Origin: Chiloscyllium plagiosum
Lineage: Eukaryota
DNA: 64,000 bases
NCBI RefSeq assembly: GCF_004010195.1
Contig: NC_057733.1
Span: 34,494,021 to 34,558,020 of the forward strand
Direction: 5' to 3'
Made by a program: the position numbers and the translations under genes. The notes under the pieces were generated by a model. That model was not told where the DNA came from. It searched no databases and saw only the letters and a list, made by a program, of their open reading frames with translations. Below, in pieces: positions 27,901 through 40,599 of the stretch (positions within the stretch are counted from its first letter, which is position 1; each line of letters begins with the position of its first letter).

Positions 27901-28430
27901 ACCTCCTGACTCTCCAAAGCCTGCCCAATTATAATTCACAAGTCAGGAGTATGATGGAATAATCCCTACTTTTCTAGCTGGATATAGTTCCAACAATACT
28001 CAAGAAGTTTGACACCATCCAGGACAAAGCAATTCGCTGGACAGGTACCACAAATGGCCACTTCCTCCACCACCTTCATTCAATAGAACGAGACGCACTA
28101 CAGAAATTCACCAAAGATTCTTAGCCAGCACCTTCTAAACCCAAAACCACTTCTATCAAGAAGGACAATGGATGCAGATACATGGGGATATTACCATCTG
28201 TAAGTTTCTTTTGAAGCCATTCGCCATCCTGATTTAGAAACAGATTATCATTCCTTCACGGTCACTGTCAAAACCTGGTATCTCCTCCCTAAGGAAATTG
28301 TGGGTCAACCTACAGCATGTGAAATACAACCATTCAAAAAAACCAGCTTCCCACCACCTTCTGAATGGCAATTAGGGGCCGACAATAAATGCTGACCAGT
28401 GACATCCATATCCCACAAATGAATAAAAAA
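24914..28430 (+). mobile_element. Near full-length decayed APE-RT LINE (CR1/L2 group) with tRNA-like 5' head; interrupted by a solo LTR
   Basis: APE motifs (QQPD..LSESYL, LDLILTN, SDH); RT motifs (ALDIKAA, FSCSINDLPS, KFASDC); 3' tail caataaatgctg...atcccacaaatgaataaaaaa; many stops and frameshifts. Confidence 0.8.
26575..27103 (+). mobile_element. Solo LTR, 529 bp
   Basis: TGT...ACA termini; perfect 5-bp TSD GTAGG (26570-74, 27104-08); TATAA 26969; AATAAA 27007; 29-bp direct repeats; host LINE sequence resumes across it. Confidence 0.9.
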
Positions 28431-28701
28431 CATCTTGCATAAGAGACAAGCTACTAGCTTTAATACAAAGCTATTAATGTTTCCTCCAGATTTTAGCACA
28501 TTGTTTGTAGTTCCTCCTGTAAGGAAATTTGTCATGGTATGTCATGCTGATCTATAACCCCCACACTATTTTGCATTCCACTACAATTAGGCCAAATTCC
28601 CTTTCTACTGCCCTTCTCCTTCCCTCCACAAGAGATTTCAGTAACTTTTCAGCTCGGGTCAAGTAGCTGAAGCAATAATACATCTTTCTGAAAGCCAATT
28701 C

Positions 28702-29037
28702 AGAGAAAGTGATGACCTTGTGGTATTATCACTGAACTGTTAATCCAGAGACCCAGGTAATGTTCTTAGGACCTGGGTCCAAATCCCACCACGGCAGATG
28801 GCAGAATTTGAATTCAATTTTAAAAAAGTCTAAACTAAGGTCTGAAGATGGTTCAAATTGTCAATAGTTGGAAAAACCCATCTGGTTCACTCATGTCTTT
28901 TAAGGGAAACTGCCATTATTCCCCAGTTTGGCTTACATGTGACTCCAGACCTGTAGCAATGTGGTTGACTGCCCTATGGACAATAAATGCTGGCCTCACC
29001 AGCAATGCCCTCATCCCATGAATGAATAAAAAAAAAA
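28702..29037 (+). mobile_element. LF-SINE-like tRNA-derived SINE
   Basis: A box 28713-23, B box 28775-87; tail caataaatgctggcctcaccagcaatgccctcatcccatgaatgaata(A)n; family name from recall. Confidence 0.75.
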
Positions 29038-30049
29038 TTCTTAAACACAGACAACCAAAGTAGTATCCCTAAAAAGCATGCTGTACCACCTACACAATAC
29101 ATCCCCAAAAAGGTTAAAACAGAGGAAAAGCAACTTGGATCAACACAGGAAACATATTTGTGGTAATTCCCCTCCAGCCTCTGAAGGCAATTAAAGGCAT
29201 TCCAGGAGACCACAATGACACAGTAGCACATCCCACAACAATCAGCTTATCTTCCACCTGCAATTATGTTGGCCACTCTAGAACTATTTCCAGACTCTCT
29301 TGGCCTTTCTTGCATTCTCCATCATCCTTAATAAAACTTCATCAAAAAATGCTACAGCCTGCATTATGATCTTCAAGAAATCCCTCTAACTCATCACTCC
29401 TGCTTTGCAACCTATACCGACTGCTGGTCCACAAAGCTTCCAATTTAACACCCTACATAGGCTAGCCTATCTCTAGCTCTAACATCTAAACTTGGAACAC
29501 TTCCAAGAAATCTGCAGCCTTCTAACTCTGGGATTGAGATTCCTCTACTGTCCTCATCACAATACATGCCTACAGTTAATGAAGCATTAAGCTACAGAAT
29601 TCCACCCTAAATGCCCTATATTTAGTTCCTTTCTCAAGGCTCTTTCTGATACTGATCAAACTTTTAAATAATACTAACTTCAGTTCATTTTTGTCTGAGC
29701 TTTTATGAAAAGTCTTGAAACATTTCTCTACGTTATAGGCTCTGTTTGCACAAACTTTTGTTTTTGAATTCATCCAGTACGGATTTGAATCACTGCAATT
29801 CTAAGAATGGTCACTCACTGTACACAAAGTACTTCCAATATATAACCCAAATCTATCTTGAGTGAATTTTAATTTCATATCCTCCCTAAACTATATCGCT
29901 CAGTAGACTATCCACTTTTCTGAAGCAAAGCCTATCATTAAATATTTTGAGAGTCTCCTCAAAGTTCTATGTTTTCAAAGTTTGTGCGAAGATTTGTAGC
30001 TCGGGTGCTCGTTGTTGTGGTTCTGTTCGCCGAGCTGGAAGTTTTTGTT

Positions 30050-30089
30050 GCAAACGTTTCGTCCCCTGGCTAGGCGACATCATCAGTGC
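30050..30089 (-). ncRNA. Minimal type I hammerhead ribozyme motif (identical inverted copy)
   Basis: Exact reverse complement of 30369-30408. Confidence 0.75.
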
Positions 30090-30368
30090 TTGGGAGCCTC
30101 ATGCGAAGCGCTTCCACACGCAGACAACAGCAACATGAATTCGACTGGGACAACACTACTATCGTAGGGCAAGCCAGACAGAGAACAGCCAGGGAATTCC
30201 TAGAGGCATGGCATTCATCCACAAACTTCATCAACAAACACATCAACCTGGACCCAATATACCAACCACTACAGCGGACAGCTGAAACTGACAACCGGAA
30301 GCGGCAGGGACAGACCACTATAAACACCAGAGGAAACATCAAAGAAGCGCTTCGCACAAGGCTCCCAA

Positions 30369-30408
30369 GCACTGATGATGTCGCCTAGCCAGGGGACGAA
30401 ACGTTTGC
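30369..30408 (+). ncRNA. Minimal type I hammerhead ribozyme motif
   Basis: GCA-CUGAUGA-U-GUC(GCCUAGCCAGGG)GAC-GAAA-CG-UU-UGC: intact core, stem I GCA/UGC, palindromic ACGU stem III. Confidence 0.75.
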
Positions 30409-32487
30409 AACAAAAACTTCCAGCTCGGCAAACAGAACCACAACAACGTTCTATGTTTTTCTAGGGATAAAAAGCGCCAATCCCTCACTCTATTGTAGTA
30501 ACTGAGGAATCTTAAAATAATTGTTCTACCAAAACCTTTTCCAAAGTCTATATTTCGACTTGATAAAGGAAACAAACCATATACAGCATTCTAGATTTAG
30601 CCAGATAAATAATATTTATTGTTTTATATTCATTAACTTGGCAGTAGACCCTAATACTCTATTCACTCTCACAACAGTCTTGCTACATTGTTCATGGGGC
30701 TTCCACAACTAGTGCATTAAAATGTCCAGGTCCACTTCCCACTCAGCAGCCTCAAGCAGGATACCAGCAGAGTTCATGTGCTTGACATCGCCCCTATCCA
30801 AGTGTATTATTTTGCTTTTATTCATCTCACAGTAAAAGACAAATGGCAAAACACAAGCCAATTGCTCCACAACCAATCCAAGATCTAAATACTAATCCAA
30901 TAACACTCAGCCTTGCTTACTTACAATTTGAGAATCTCTCTTTCCCATCAAACATCAGTTCAAGTCTAGAGCACTATGGGTAACATCCTGCAGAAAAAGC
31001 TTAAAACTGTCTTTAAAACTAAGGATTAAAACCTCAGATTGGCTAACAAACTAATCTTTTGCTAAGCAACTTACAAATAGCAAATTAGCATGATTTACAG
31101 TCCTGACTTTAATTTGAAATAAATATTTTTATTAGGCATTCAAGAAGGAATTGCATGATTAGTTGCTTAAAAATTGCATGCAAGGTATGGCAGAAAAGCA
31201 GGCAACTGGCACTAGATAATGATGCATATTTAATGACCAGGTCCAGACATGATGGGCCAAATGGCCTCCACCTGCACCAAAACAATTCAGCGATTCTGTA
31301 GAAAGTTGACCAGAAAATAGCAGTCCAACATCTTTATTAAGTTTCAAGTACTTCTGTTTTCAAAATTAGCACACAGAACATAGGTAGTTAAGACAACAAG
31401 TTTGATGAAAATCTAAACAAAGTTACAAAGAATACCTTTTTCACAGACATCCATGATCCCAAAAAGATATGCTCACTTAGAGAAGAGAACCAAAGTGCGT
31501 TTAAGACTGCCAAGAAATGATTTTAAGGCAATCAACAAACAATTTTGTACAATACTGAATGCCAGAGTGAATGCAGCTAATGTTTGAAAAAAGATTGACA
31601 GGTCTGACTAAATGAGAGAAAAGTATTCACTAAATATGTTTTAGATTCTGATGAAAACAGATTTAAGTTTTTGTAAATCGTGATTTTTAAAATCATGTTA
31701 GCTAAGGGAAATTTAAATTTTCCACTTTGGATATGTGTTAATAGCAAGCTCTCTTATGGGAGTCACAACAGTTAAATGTAGAGCGCGTCTAGCAGTCTTC
31801 TCCAATGCTTTGTTGTAGTTTCCCCAATATCAAAATCCCACCAAGTCAGCATGACATTTTTCATAACAACAACCGATTAAATCTGAATGCGTGCACTAAC
31901 TGACAGACTGAGTTCCAAGCTTGTGGTACTTTGAGCTTGAGGCCTTTACTCTAAAACGACAAAGGTGCACCTGCCTTCACTACTCATTGTTGTTAAAACT
32001 GAAAGCTACTCATCCTTTCAACTAGATTTGATCTTAACCCAAGTCAGTGTTAAGGCCAGCAAGCTACTCAACGGAATTAAATCACCCAGGTGACAGCTTC
32101 ACAAGAAAAACTGAATATTTCGATACAAATGGGTGGTGCCTTGGTAAACATCTGTAACCTCTTGATCTTTTTCTCTATTATGAACTGCATAATCCAGATA
32201 CTTCAGAATTACATGATTCTCAGTAATCATAGGTTGAACCTCATAAAAGACAGATTTTCCCAGTTGACCTCGTAACAGGTCTTCTTCAAAGAGACAATTA
32301 GCACAAGGTAAGGATTGGTGTGACAACCATTTCTTTGGTTCAATGTTAAGCGCAACGCTTGCTGTGGAATCATAGCTTGACAAGTTATCTAGGTTTTATG
32401 ATAGCTTTAAAGTGTAGTGCAAGTGTGCTTAATGAAAGAATATTATTGTTTAAAAAAACTACCTTGAATTGTGGAAGTCAAGCTTAC

Positions 32488-32533
32488 CTGGTCTCAACCA
32501 GCATTTTGCCTGCTTTTCCATAGGCATGAAAAG
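32488..32533 (-). CDS. SLC38A10: SLC38A10 coding exon 3 (AFHAYGKAGKMLVETS)
   Basis: Acceptor tttttag|CT, donor CAG|gtaagc; 46 nt; phase fits exons 2 and 4. Confidence 0.95.
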
Positions 32534-34375
32534 CTAAAAATTAAAAGTAACTGATTAGAACCGCACAGCAGTACAAGCACTTAGAATAGATTTGAACTTA
32601 TTTTCCATTACATTTCAGGATAAAATGTTATATAGCAAGTGAGATGCGACAGAAATAATTTGAATATATAAAAATTCCCAAAGTATACGATCAATCTTTG
32701 TTACATTTTGTACTATACAGAGAGCATTAGCTTCTACCATTGCTGAATTTTAGTGCAAGACATTAAAGCACTAAATACCATTTAATGGTGAGTGTAATTC
32801 CACAAGGATACATTATTGCTAATAGGTGCTCTTGGCTGCAAATAACATTTAAATGCTGGTTTCAAAATATTATTTCAAGGCAAAGAGGAAGAATTCTATC
32901 TAAAAATATCAATAATTGATGGTACTTCCTTATGGAACACATTCCCTTCGAAGAACAGTATATTAATAAATTCTAAAATACTGAAATATCAATTATGATT
33001 TGAACACCTGTCAGCAGAATTGTAGTAAAAATTCCAATGCCAGGTCAGCTATCTCAAGTTCAGTAACATAAGACTGATGGTTTCTATGAGATATCAGAAC
33101 ACCTAATATGTTGATAAAGTACTCGCACATATTGTATACTCAACTGCAATGACCATTCTTGCTTACATCAAGAATAGATTGACATAATGGTCAGATCATG
33201 AATTCAGAACTACTTTAAATAAAATGGCAGGGAAGTTGAAAAATTTCAGCTTGCTGGCTGCACATTATGAAGATTGCAATGTCTTCTCAAAAAGATAAGC
33301 CACCTACTGTTGCATGATATTTATATTACAGCAGTATTCAGTCAACATTACAGATATCAACAGCTATACAATTTAAATTGTTAAATTCTCAGCAGAGTGC
33401 AGCAAGAAAAAAATTAAAGTGGCCAGCAGAAAGGAAATTACAACATCAAGAAAACTCTATGGGTAAAGATTTATTAGTGATAATATGCACCTATGGAATC
33501 ACCTATCCTTAAAGAGCACACACTGATGTTTAAAAATAAAGCTGCTGGTGGAAATAAGGTCAAAAATAGAAATCAGGATTCAGGGTTATTTTACACACAG
33601 GCTGGATGAAAAGTCTGTACGAGACATCAAAGTGGTCAGAGTAGAACATGTTACACTTTCACCTCTTCACTTGCCCCTTCTGTAAAGTCCTTATTTACAA
33701 GTTTTCCCAAGTACCATTGTGATTTATTCAAAAATTAATCCATATGCTCTCCCACTAACCTTTAGGGCCAGTGGCTTATCTACTCGATCTCCTGAGCTTT
33801 CCCCACTTCCTTTTTCCTAGTCTTATCATCCTCACTTAACTGCAATCTGCCACAAAAACTCACTTTAACCTTTATTATCTTGGATTCTGAATTTTATTCT
33901 TGCTTGTGGTTCTCTTGGATAACCAGCTAAATTTAATCCTACCAGAATAATTGCTCTGTGACTTAGCCATATTCCCTCAGTCCTTGCCTAATTTCCTCAT
34001 TCAACTTCCCAACCCATTCCTTCAATAAATCTTGGCCTTCCCTTACTGATGGTGATCATCATGAAAATGGCTCTCTTTAGACAACCACTGTTGCCAAACC
34101 CCATCCAAATAGCTGTCAAATCTAACTCCATCTCCTCTTCAAAAAACTTCTCCAGTCCACCCAGATCAGTGGTCATCCATCCAAAACCATACTACCTACT
34201 TTTTTTAAAACCGATCTTTTAAAAAACTTCTTCAAAAAACAAATCATCAAACCATCTTTTTAAATTCTGTGTTATTTCACCGCAGTTTCTTACATTCCAT
34301 AAATGCAAACTGATATTGTATCTAGATTGATCATTCATTTTATCAGCAATACGAACACAGAGTAAATCCACTTAC

Positions 34376-35002
34376 GAGTCATAGAGTCAGAGATAGACAG
34401 CATGGAAACAGACCCTTCGGTCCAACCAGTCCATGTCAACCAGACATCCCAACCCAATCTAGTCACACCTGCCAGCACCTGGCCCATATCCCTCCAAACC
34501 CTTCCTATTCATATACCCATCCAAATGCCTTTTAAATGTTGCAATTGTATCAGCCTCCACCACTTTCTCTGGCAGCTCATTCCATACATATACCACCCTA
34601 TGAAAACGTTGCCCCTTAGGTCTCTTTTACATCTTTCCCCTCTCACCCTAAACCTATGCACTCTAGCTCTGGACTCTCCCACCCCAGGGAAAAGACTTTG
34701 TCTATTTATCCTATCCATGCCCCTCAGGATTTTGTAAACCTCTATAAGGTCACCCCTCAACCTCTGACACTCCAAGGAAAACAGCCCAAGCCTCTCCCTA
34801 TAGCTCAAATCCTTCAACCTTGGCAACATCCTTGTAAATGTTTTCTGAACCCTTTCAAGTTTCACAACATCTTTCTGATAGGAAGGAGACCAGAATTGCA
34901 TGCAATATTCCAACAGTGGCCAATGTCCTGTACAGCTGCAACATGACCTCCCAACTCCTGTAATCAATACTCTGACCAACAAAAGAAAGCATATCAAACG
35001 CC
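34376..35002 (-). mobile_element. CR1 (HER1-like) LINE 3' fragment, young
   Basis: LEYCMQFWSP...LERVQKTFTRML...RGDLIEVYKI; ctctatgact tail. Confidence 0.92.
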
Positions 35003-35556
35003 TAAAGCAGGAAACATTAAAGAGGGTGCAATGGATTACATATAGTGAAACAGTTTCAATCATACGCAAACAAATACCCAATCAGAACAAATATATCTTC
35101 CAGCTACTGAAATCAAGTGAAAGGCAATTCAATACTTCCACTGAATTAACAAGTTACTAAAAAATTAGAATACAGCCTAAATTGTTAGATTACCCAAGTT
35201 CTTAATGTTCTATAAGTCAACATTAGAACAGAATTGTAAAATGGAAATCAACTGCAACATCCCACCGCCTGGACAGTTAGTAACTTGGAACGAGTTGATT
35301 TCTGTGTGATTCAGCATCAGTGATACTGGAGGTTCATGTGAATGGGCAACAGTTCAAGACAGAACTGGGCTCAGTTATAATATTTCTCAACTGTAAGATA
35401 GACAGTTGACAGCACATTGGTAATAAACAGGAACTTGTCAACATATAACAGAGGAGGCAGTATTTGAAATTGCTGCATTTTAGTCTAATGGTGCAGAGGA
35501 TAATTTCAACATTTAGAAACACGTCTCTATTATTGCAGTCCCACAAAATATCTTAC

Positions 35557-35674
35557 CAAGGCCTGGGTATGTCCTGCGCTTGCTGGTGTTTGCTGACTTC
35601 ACCAAAAACATGCAGGACTGGTGAGTCATCCAGGAACAGAAGAGAAGTAGAACAACACCAAATGCGATTCCACA
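35557..35674 (-). CDS. SLC38A10: SLC38A10 coding exon 2 ([39 protein letters not shown])
   Basis: Acceptor ttgcag|TGT, donor CTTG|gtaaga; 118 nt; lies within ORF 35513..35776. Confidence 0.96.
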
Positions 35675-37479
35675 CTGCAAGGTAAAAGAAAAATCAGGAG
35701 ATAAGATATCCATGATAATTTGAAAGCAGCAACAAGAGTATGGACCAAGTAAGAACTGATCCCAAAGGTTGTACATTAGCAGTTTTAAAAGTACCTATCA
35801 ATAATTCAGTCCGGTGAAATTACCTGTGGTGTAGACTGGATTCAGAAATCTGAACCAGACAAAAAATTGCCTGCAAACAGTATTTGATAGGAATGTTAGA
35901 CTGTTAACTAAAACGAGAATTGAAAATGACTTTCAATTCAGTTTATCAAAACCTAAAAAAAAATTCTAATATAATTCTAGAACAGTTGTGTAATTCCCTA
36001 TTTACCAAAAATAACAGACCTCAAAGGGCAGTTATCCCATTTGCAATCTGCCCAGGTCCAGCTAAGAGTTCCATACTCAGGATTACAAACAAACTTTCAG
36101 TCAAAATGGTAGAGTAACTTAACCTTTGCAGAACAGCGATCCTTCAGTAAAAGCAGTTTAAGCATACAAGGAAACAACAAAAAACTAGAGACATTTTGGA
36201 TTGGATAGGTTGAAGAAACTAAATGACCTACCCTTGAGCTGATCATTACTACAATCTTACTTACCAAAATACAAAAGAATAAATAAGGCAAAGCCAACTT
36301 TGGCCAAAGCTCCACCACCTTATGGTAAGGATGTGTTTTTAGAGATTCAAGGTAGGATGGAACAAATTTTAAAGTGAAAGGAGGGGTCATTCATGATCTT
36401 TGTTGTTCTTCCCTGGACTAGCATTCATGGGATGCACCAATACAAAGGACTCCAATGTGCGAGGTTGTGCATCCTCAAGGAGTTGTTATAGTCCTTCCAG
36501 TCTGAGTAAACCTATTAATAAACCAAAGTGGAAGCAATATTTTAATTTGCTTGTTTTTGAACCTTGCACCATCCAATCTTTTTGGCTCTGGAATAATAAA
36601 GACAATTTGCTCAGGTGAGAATCAAGGCAAGCAATTTTAGGACTTCTCGACATGCTCCTGCACTCCTCCATTTCATACCCGAACAATATATTATGAGGAA
36701 CAGCCAATTTGCAGGTTTATGCTGGGACCATTAGTCCATCAAGAATGCACTTCACTTCTGGGCCTGGGTTGATGAGAAAGTAGCATGCACAGAGAAAGAA
36801 TTTTTTTTTTTTTTTTAAAACTCTTGCTTTTGTAAATTATGTAATTCTTCTATGGAATGCACCATCATCCCCATCATTTCACCTGAGTCTGCACAAATCT
36901 GACAGTCAGACAGTCAGGATGATCTTTGGGTTTTTTGGGTGGAGTTTGGTGACAATTGTTCAAAACTATAATTGAATCAACCATGTAAATCCTTGCAGGT
37001 ATAAGAGCAAATCAGAGGTTAGGAATTCTCTAATAAGTAACTCTCCAGCTGATTCCCTAAATGCTGTGCATTATCTATCCAGATAATACCAAGAATCATT
37101 CTGACTTTCAGGTCTGTGTAAATTCAGGGAAAAAAGTAAAAGTCCAAGAATGAGGTTCAAGGAGGCTGATGTTCAGATTTAAATCAACTTGGCATAGAAC
37201 AGCCACGGTGACATCTTCCAATGTGACGTTTGGAAATATAAACTCAATGCAAATAATGTGCAGTTGTCACTGAGTCTTGACAAAACATTGGCTGAATAAA
37301 AAGTAATTGAGGAATGACCATGACCCAAACCTCCCTCCGTCCCTCTACTGCTGGGATTGTAAAAACATGAAAATCACGATGATGCTTCAAGCTATTACTG
37401 AATGTAACTTTACCTAGCTAAATACAACAAGACCGCCTGTGTATACTAATAACTTTCCTAATTATCCACAATTATAATC

Positions 37480-38072
37480 TTTGAGGTTGGAGACGATTTG
37501 TAGCTCAGGTTGAGGTCCTGGATCTAAGTTTGCTCGCTGAGCTGAAAGGTTCATTTTCAGATGTTTTGTCACCATACGAAGTATCATCAGTGAGCCTCTG
37601 GTAAAGCACTAGTGTTATGGTCAGCTTTCTATTTGTGTTTAGGTTTCCTTGGGTTGGTGATGTCACTTACAAAACACCTTGCAAGAACTATAACAAACAC
37701 TAGATTGGACAAACAGGCAGAAAACTAGCCACCAGGATACATGAACATCAACCAGCCATAAAAAGACATGACCCACTATCATTGGCATCCTTACATACAA
37801 AAGAGGAAGGACACCACTTTGACCATCCTAGGACAAGCCAAACAGAGACATGCACGAGAATTCCTAGAAGCATGGCGTTTCAACTGAAACTATCAACAAA
37901 AACATCAATTTGGATCCCATCTATCACTCTCCGAGAAGAACAGAAAATGATGTCACCAACCCAAGGAAATCTAAACACAAGTAGAAAGCAGACCATAACA
38001 CCAATACTTCACAGGAGGCTTACTGAAGATGTTACCTCGTATCGTGAAATGTCTGAAAATGAACCTTCCAGT
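37480..38072 (+). mobile_element. Older Penelope remnant: GIY-YIG region with inverted terminal segments
   Basis: YKTPCKN..H*IGQTGRKLATRIHEHQ..IKRHDPLS, EFLEAW; inverted arms ~37540-37665 and ~37950-38072; decayed hammerhead actgaagatg...gtgaaatgtctg. Confidence 0.8.
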
Positions 38073-39787
38073 TACTTACATCCAGATATCTTTGAAATTG
38101 CTACAAATCATATAAGAAATATGCTGCTTGTCAGGCTAAAACGTGCTGACAAAACGCAGGCTGGGAAAGGAGATGAACAATCAATACATAATTCCTTTGA
38201 ATACTAAAACACCAGATTGCTGTTATTGAAACAAACAAAGAAAGTGTTTGCCATAAATTTCAACAGAACAATTATTTCCTGGATGTAAGAGAACATTTAT
38301 TATTTCTGAGCAAAATGCCCCCTTTTTGTCATATGAGCTGAAGCCAGGTGGCAAGACAGCAGCAATAATGTCAGATATACCAGAAGTAACAAACAAAAAG
38401 TTGTCAATAAGGAAAGATATAACCCTACTGGCAACAACCCTGGATCCATTATGAATGTACATCATGGCAGCAATAGTGGCCTGTAATATGATCTGTACAT
38501 ATGAACTGTGACAGCAGTTGTTATTGAAACTCCTGGATCATATTTCCAGAGAATTATTCACAAAACTATAGGCACTACACACAAATGTTCTCTAATTAAC
38601 AACTTTGGATTATTTCTTGATAAATCAGTCCGAGTGTAATCATGTCTTCTGATTATAGACATCACATATGAAGGTACCCAAGTACTGACAGTTTTTAACC
38701 ACACAGGCTGCACAAGATAAATACAGCTTCAGTTTGATGTTTTATGATAAACAATTTTACCAAGGAGGAGTTTCTAGGTTCCAATCTAATTCAGGGATTC
38801 AGATGATGTCAAAATGCAAGATAGCAGTCACTTATAACCACTGAACCTTCAGAGTCCTTTCTTGATAAGCCATTTTGAGTCTCCACAGTTTCAATCTTAT
38901 TACAGATTCCAAGGAGCATTTGCAAAACTATAAACTAACCTCATGATTGAGGTATAGAAGGAAATTGTATCACACTTCCCTAACATCATTACATCTCCAT
39001 CAGAAGTGGCCCAAAGCATTTTCTTACAATGAATTCCTACGAAGGACAGTCACTTTTGTGCAGGCGAATACAGGACCAGTTTTTTGGATACAAGTCTCCC
39101 AAAAATCAAAGAGACAAAAATCTGTGAATTTAGCATTGCCATCATCCAAACACCACAGAACTTCCTGTTATTTTATAACTAGTGCCATGAAATCTTTAAC
39201 ATTCAAGTGAATCACTTAAACAGGCCAGAATTTGCCCACAATTTAGATCATACAGCATCTCCTGCAACGTTACACTCCCTCAGTGTTACATTGAAATGTT
39301 TGCAGAGATTTTTCTTTCATCAAATTCTGGAGTGGAGTGGAGTTTTAGTGCACAGTCTCCTGGTTCAAAGCAAAATAAAGTTCTACAAAAAGTGAATTAA
39401 AGTGACAGTAAAATTATTTAAGATTACAAGTCAGATATGGATGATCCAGAGATTTCAGCACACCTTAGTAAATTTTTTAGAATCTACAATAGGAATATGG
39501 AGTTTTAAATGTAATATTCTGCAAAAATGAGCTTACTTGCTTAGTATTGCACTGATATTCTAATCTCAAAAATGTGTTTAATTCTCAGAGTGGGACATGA
39601 AACCATGGCCTTGTGACTCAAGGTACCTAATATGCCAGTGAGTCAAACTGAAACATATGTTAAACCACATTCGTTTAAAAATAAAACATCCACACGAAGG
39701 TAAAGATGTTATATTTGTAAAAAGACTTCCAACACTTAGTACAGCATTGCATTAGAGACACCTGTAGCCTGGCACATCTTCACTCAC

Positions 39788-39877
39788 CTGTTTGAAGCAG
39801 AACGGCATGGTGAGCACACTCACTCCCACGATACTGTTCACCACATTCATGATGAGGCCCCAGTTTGAAGTAGCCAT
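39788..39877 (-). CDS. SLC38A10: SLC38A10 coding exon 1 ([30 protein letters not shown])
   Basis: Hand translation matches the SLC38A10 N-terminus ([25 protein letters not shown]); ATG at 39877, donor CAG|GTGAGT; 90 nt. Confidence 0.96.
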
Positions 39878-40599
39878 GTTTGATCAGGTTTTTTTTTGGG
39901 GGGGGGGGGGGGGGAGATATCGCAGAATCTCAAAATGTGGTTACAAAACACGTTAGACTTCTTGGCTCATCTCTCTTCGACGTTGCGAATTAACAGTTAA
40001 TGAAGGACAGATACACATCATCAAACAGAAAACAGCTGCCTACTGAATCTTGTCCTCATTAGCGGACGAGTATCGAACATTATGTTCTCAACCCCAACTT
40101 GTCATTTGCGAACAGAAAACTGACCCTGCTAGTTTGTACGGTGTTGCAACTTTTAAAAATTCTGCAAGAGCTTGAAAGGGTGAAAATAGCTGGAGCATAA
40201 GGTAAACAATAGCACTGTACCAAACAAAACACTCCTGGGGCGGGATCGATTAAGTGATCCTGGAACATAAGTTATACATAGCAAAGGAAATTTACCATGT
40301 CAATTAGACTGAAATAAGGCAGATAGAGCTGGATAACAGAATAGAAATATTAGTTTAAAAATCAAAAGCTTATGAAGAGATAAAATGCAAGGATAAACAA
40401 CGCCCAAAAGAAAACAGGTCTGAAAATTCAGCGTGTATCGACAAAGAAAAACAAAGGGAAAAGACTGCAAATCAAAGTTTGCCTGCAGGTAAAAGCGTGA
40501 AAGATGCAGCAAGTGAAACGAGGCGTGGAAGGGTATTCAAAATAAATTCAAATGGGTGTTGGAAGAGTGAGGGAGAAAGTGGAGCAGCTCAGGAGATGG

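Larger units (their letters stand above)
29976..30447 (+). mobile_element. Penelope-like element remnant: GIY-YIG C-terminus between inverted pLTRs
   Basis: HEFDWDNTTIVGQARQRTAREFLEAWHS...INKHINLDPIYQPL; ~105-bp inverted arms (30010-30114, 30344-30448); 12-bp TSD gttctatgtttt (29964-75, 30448-59). Confidence 0.9.
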
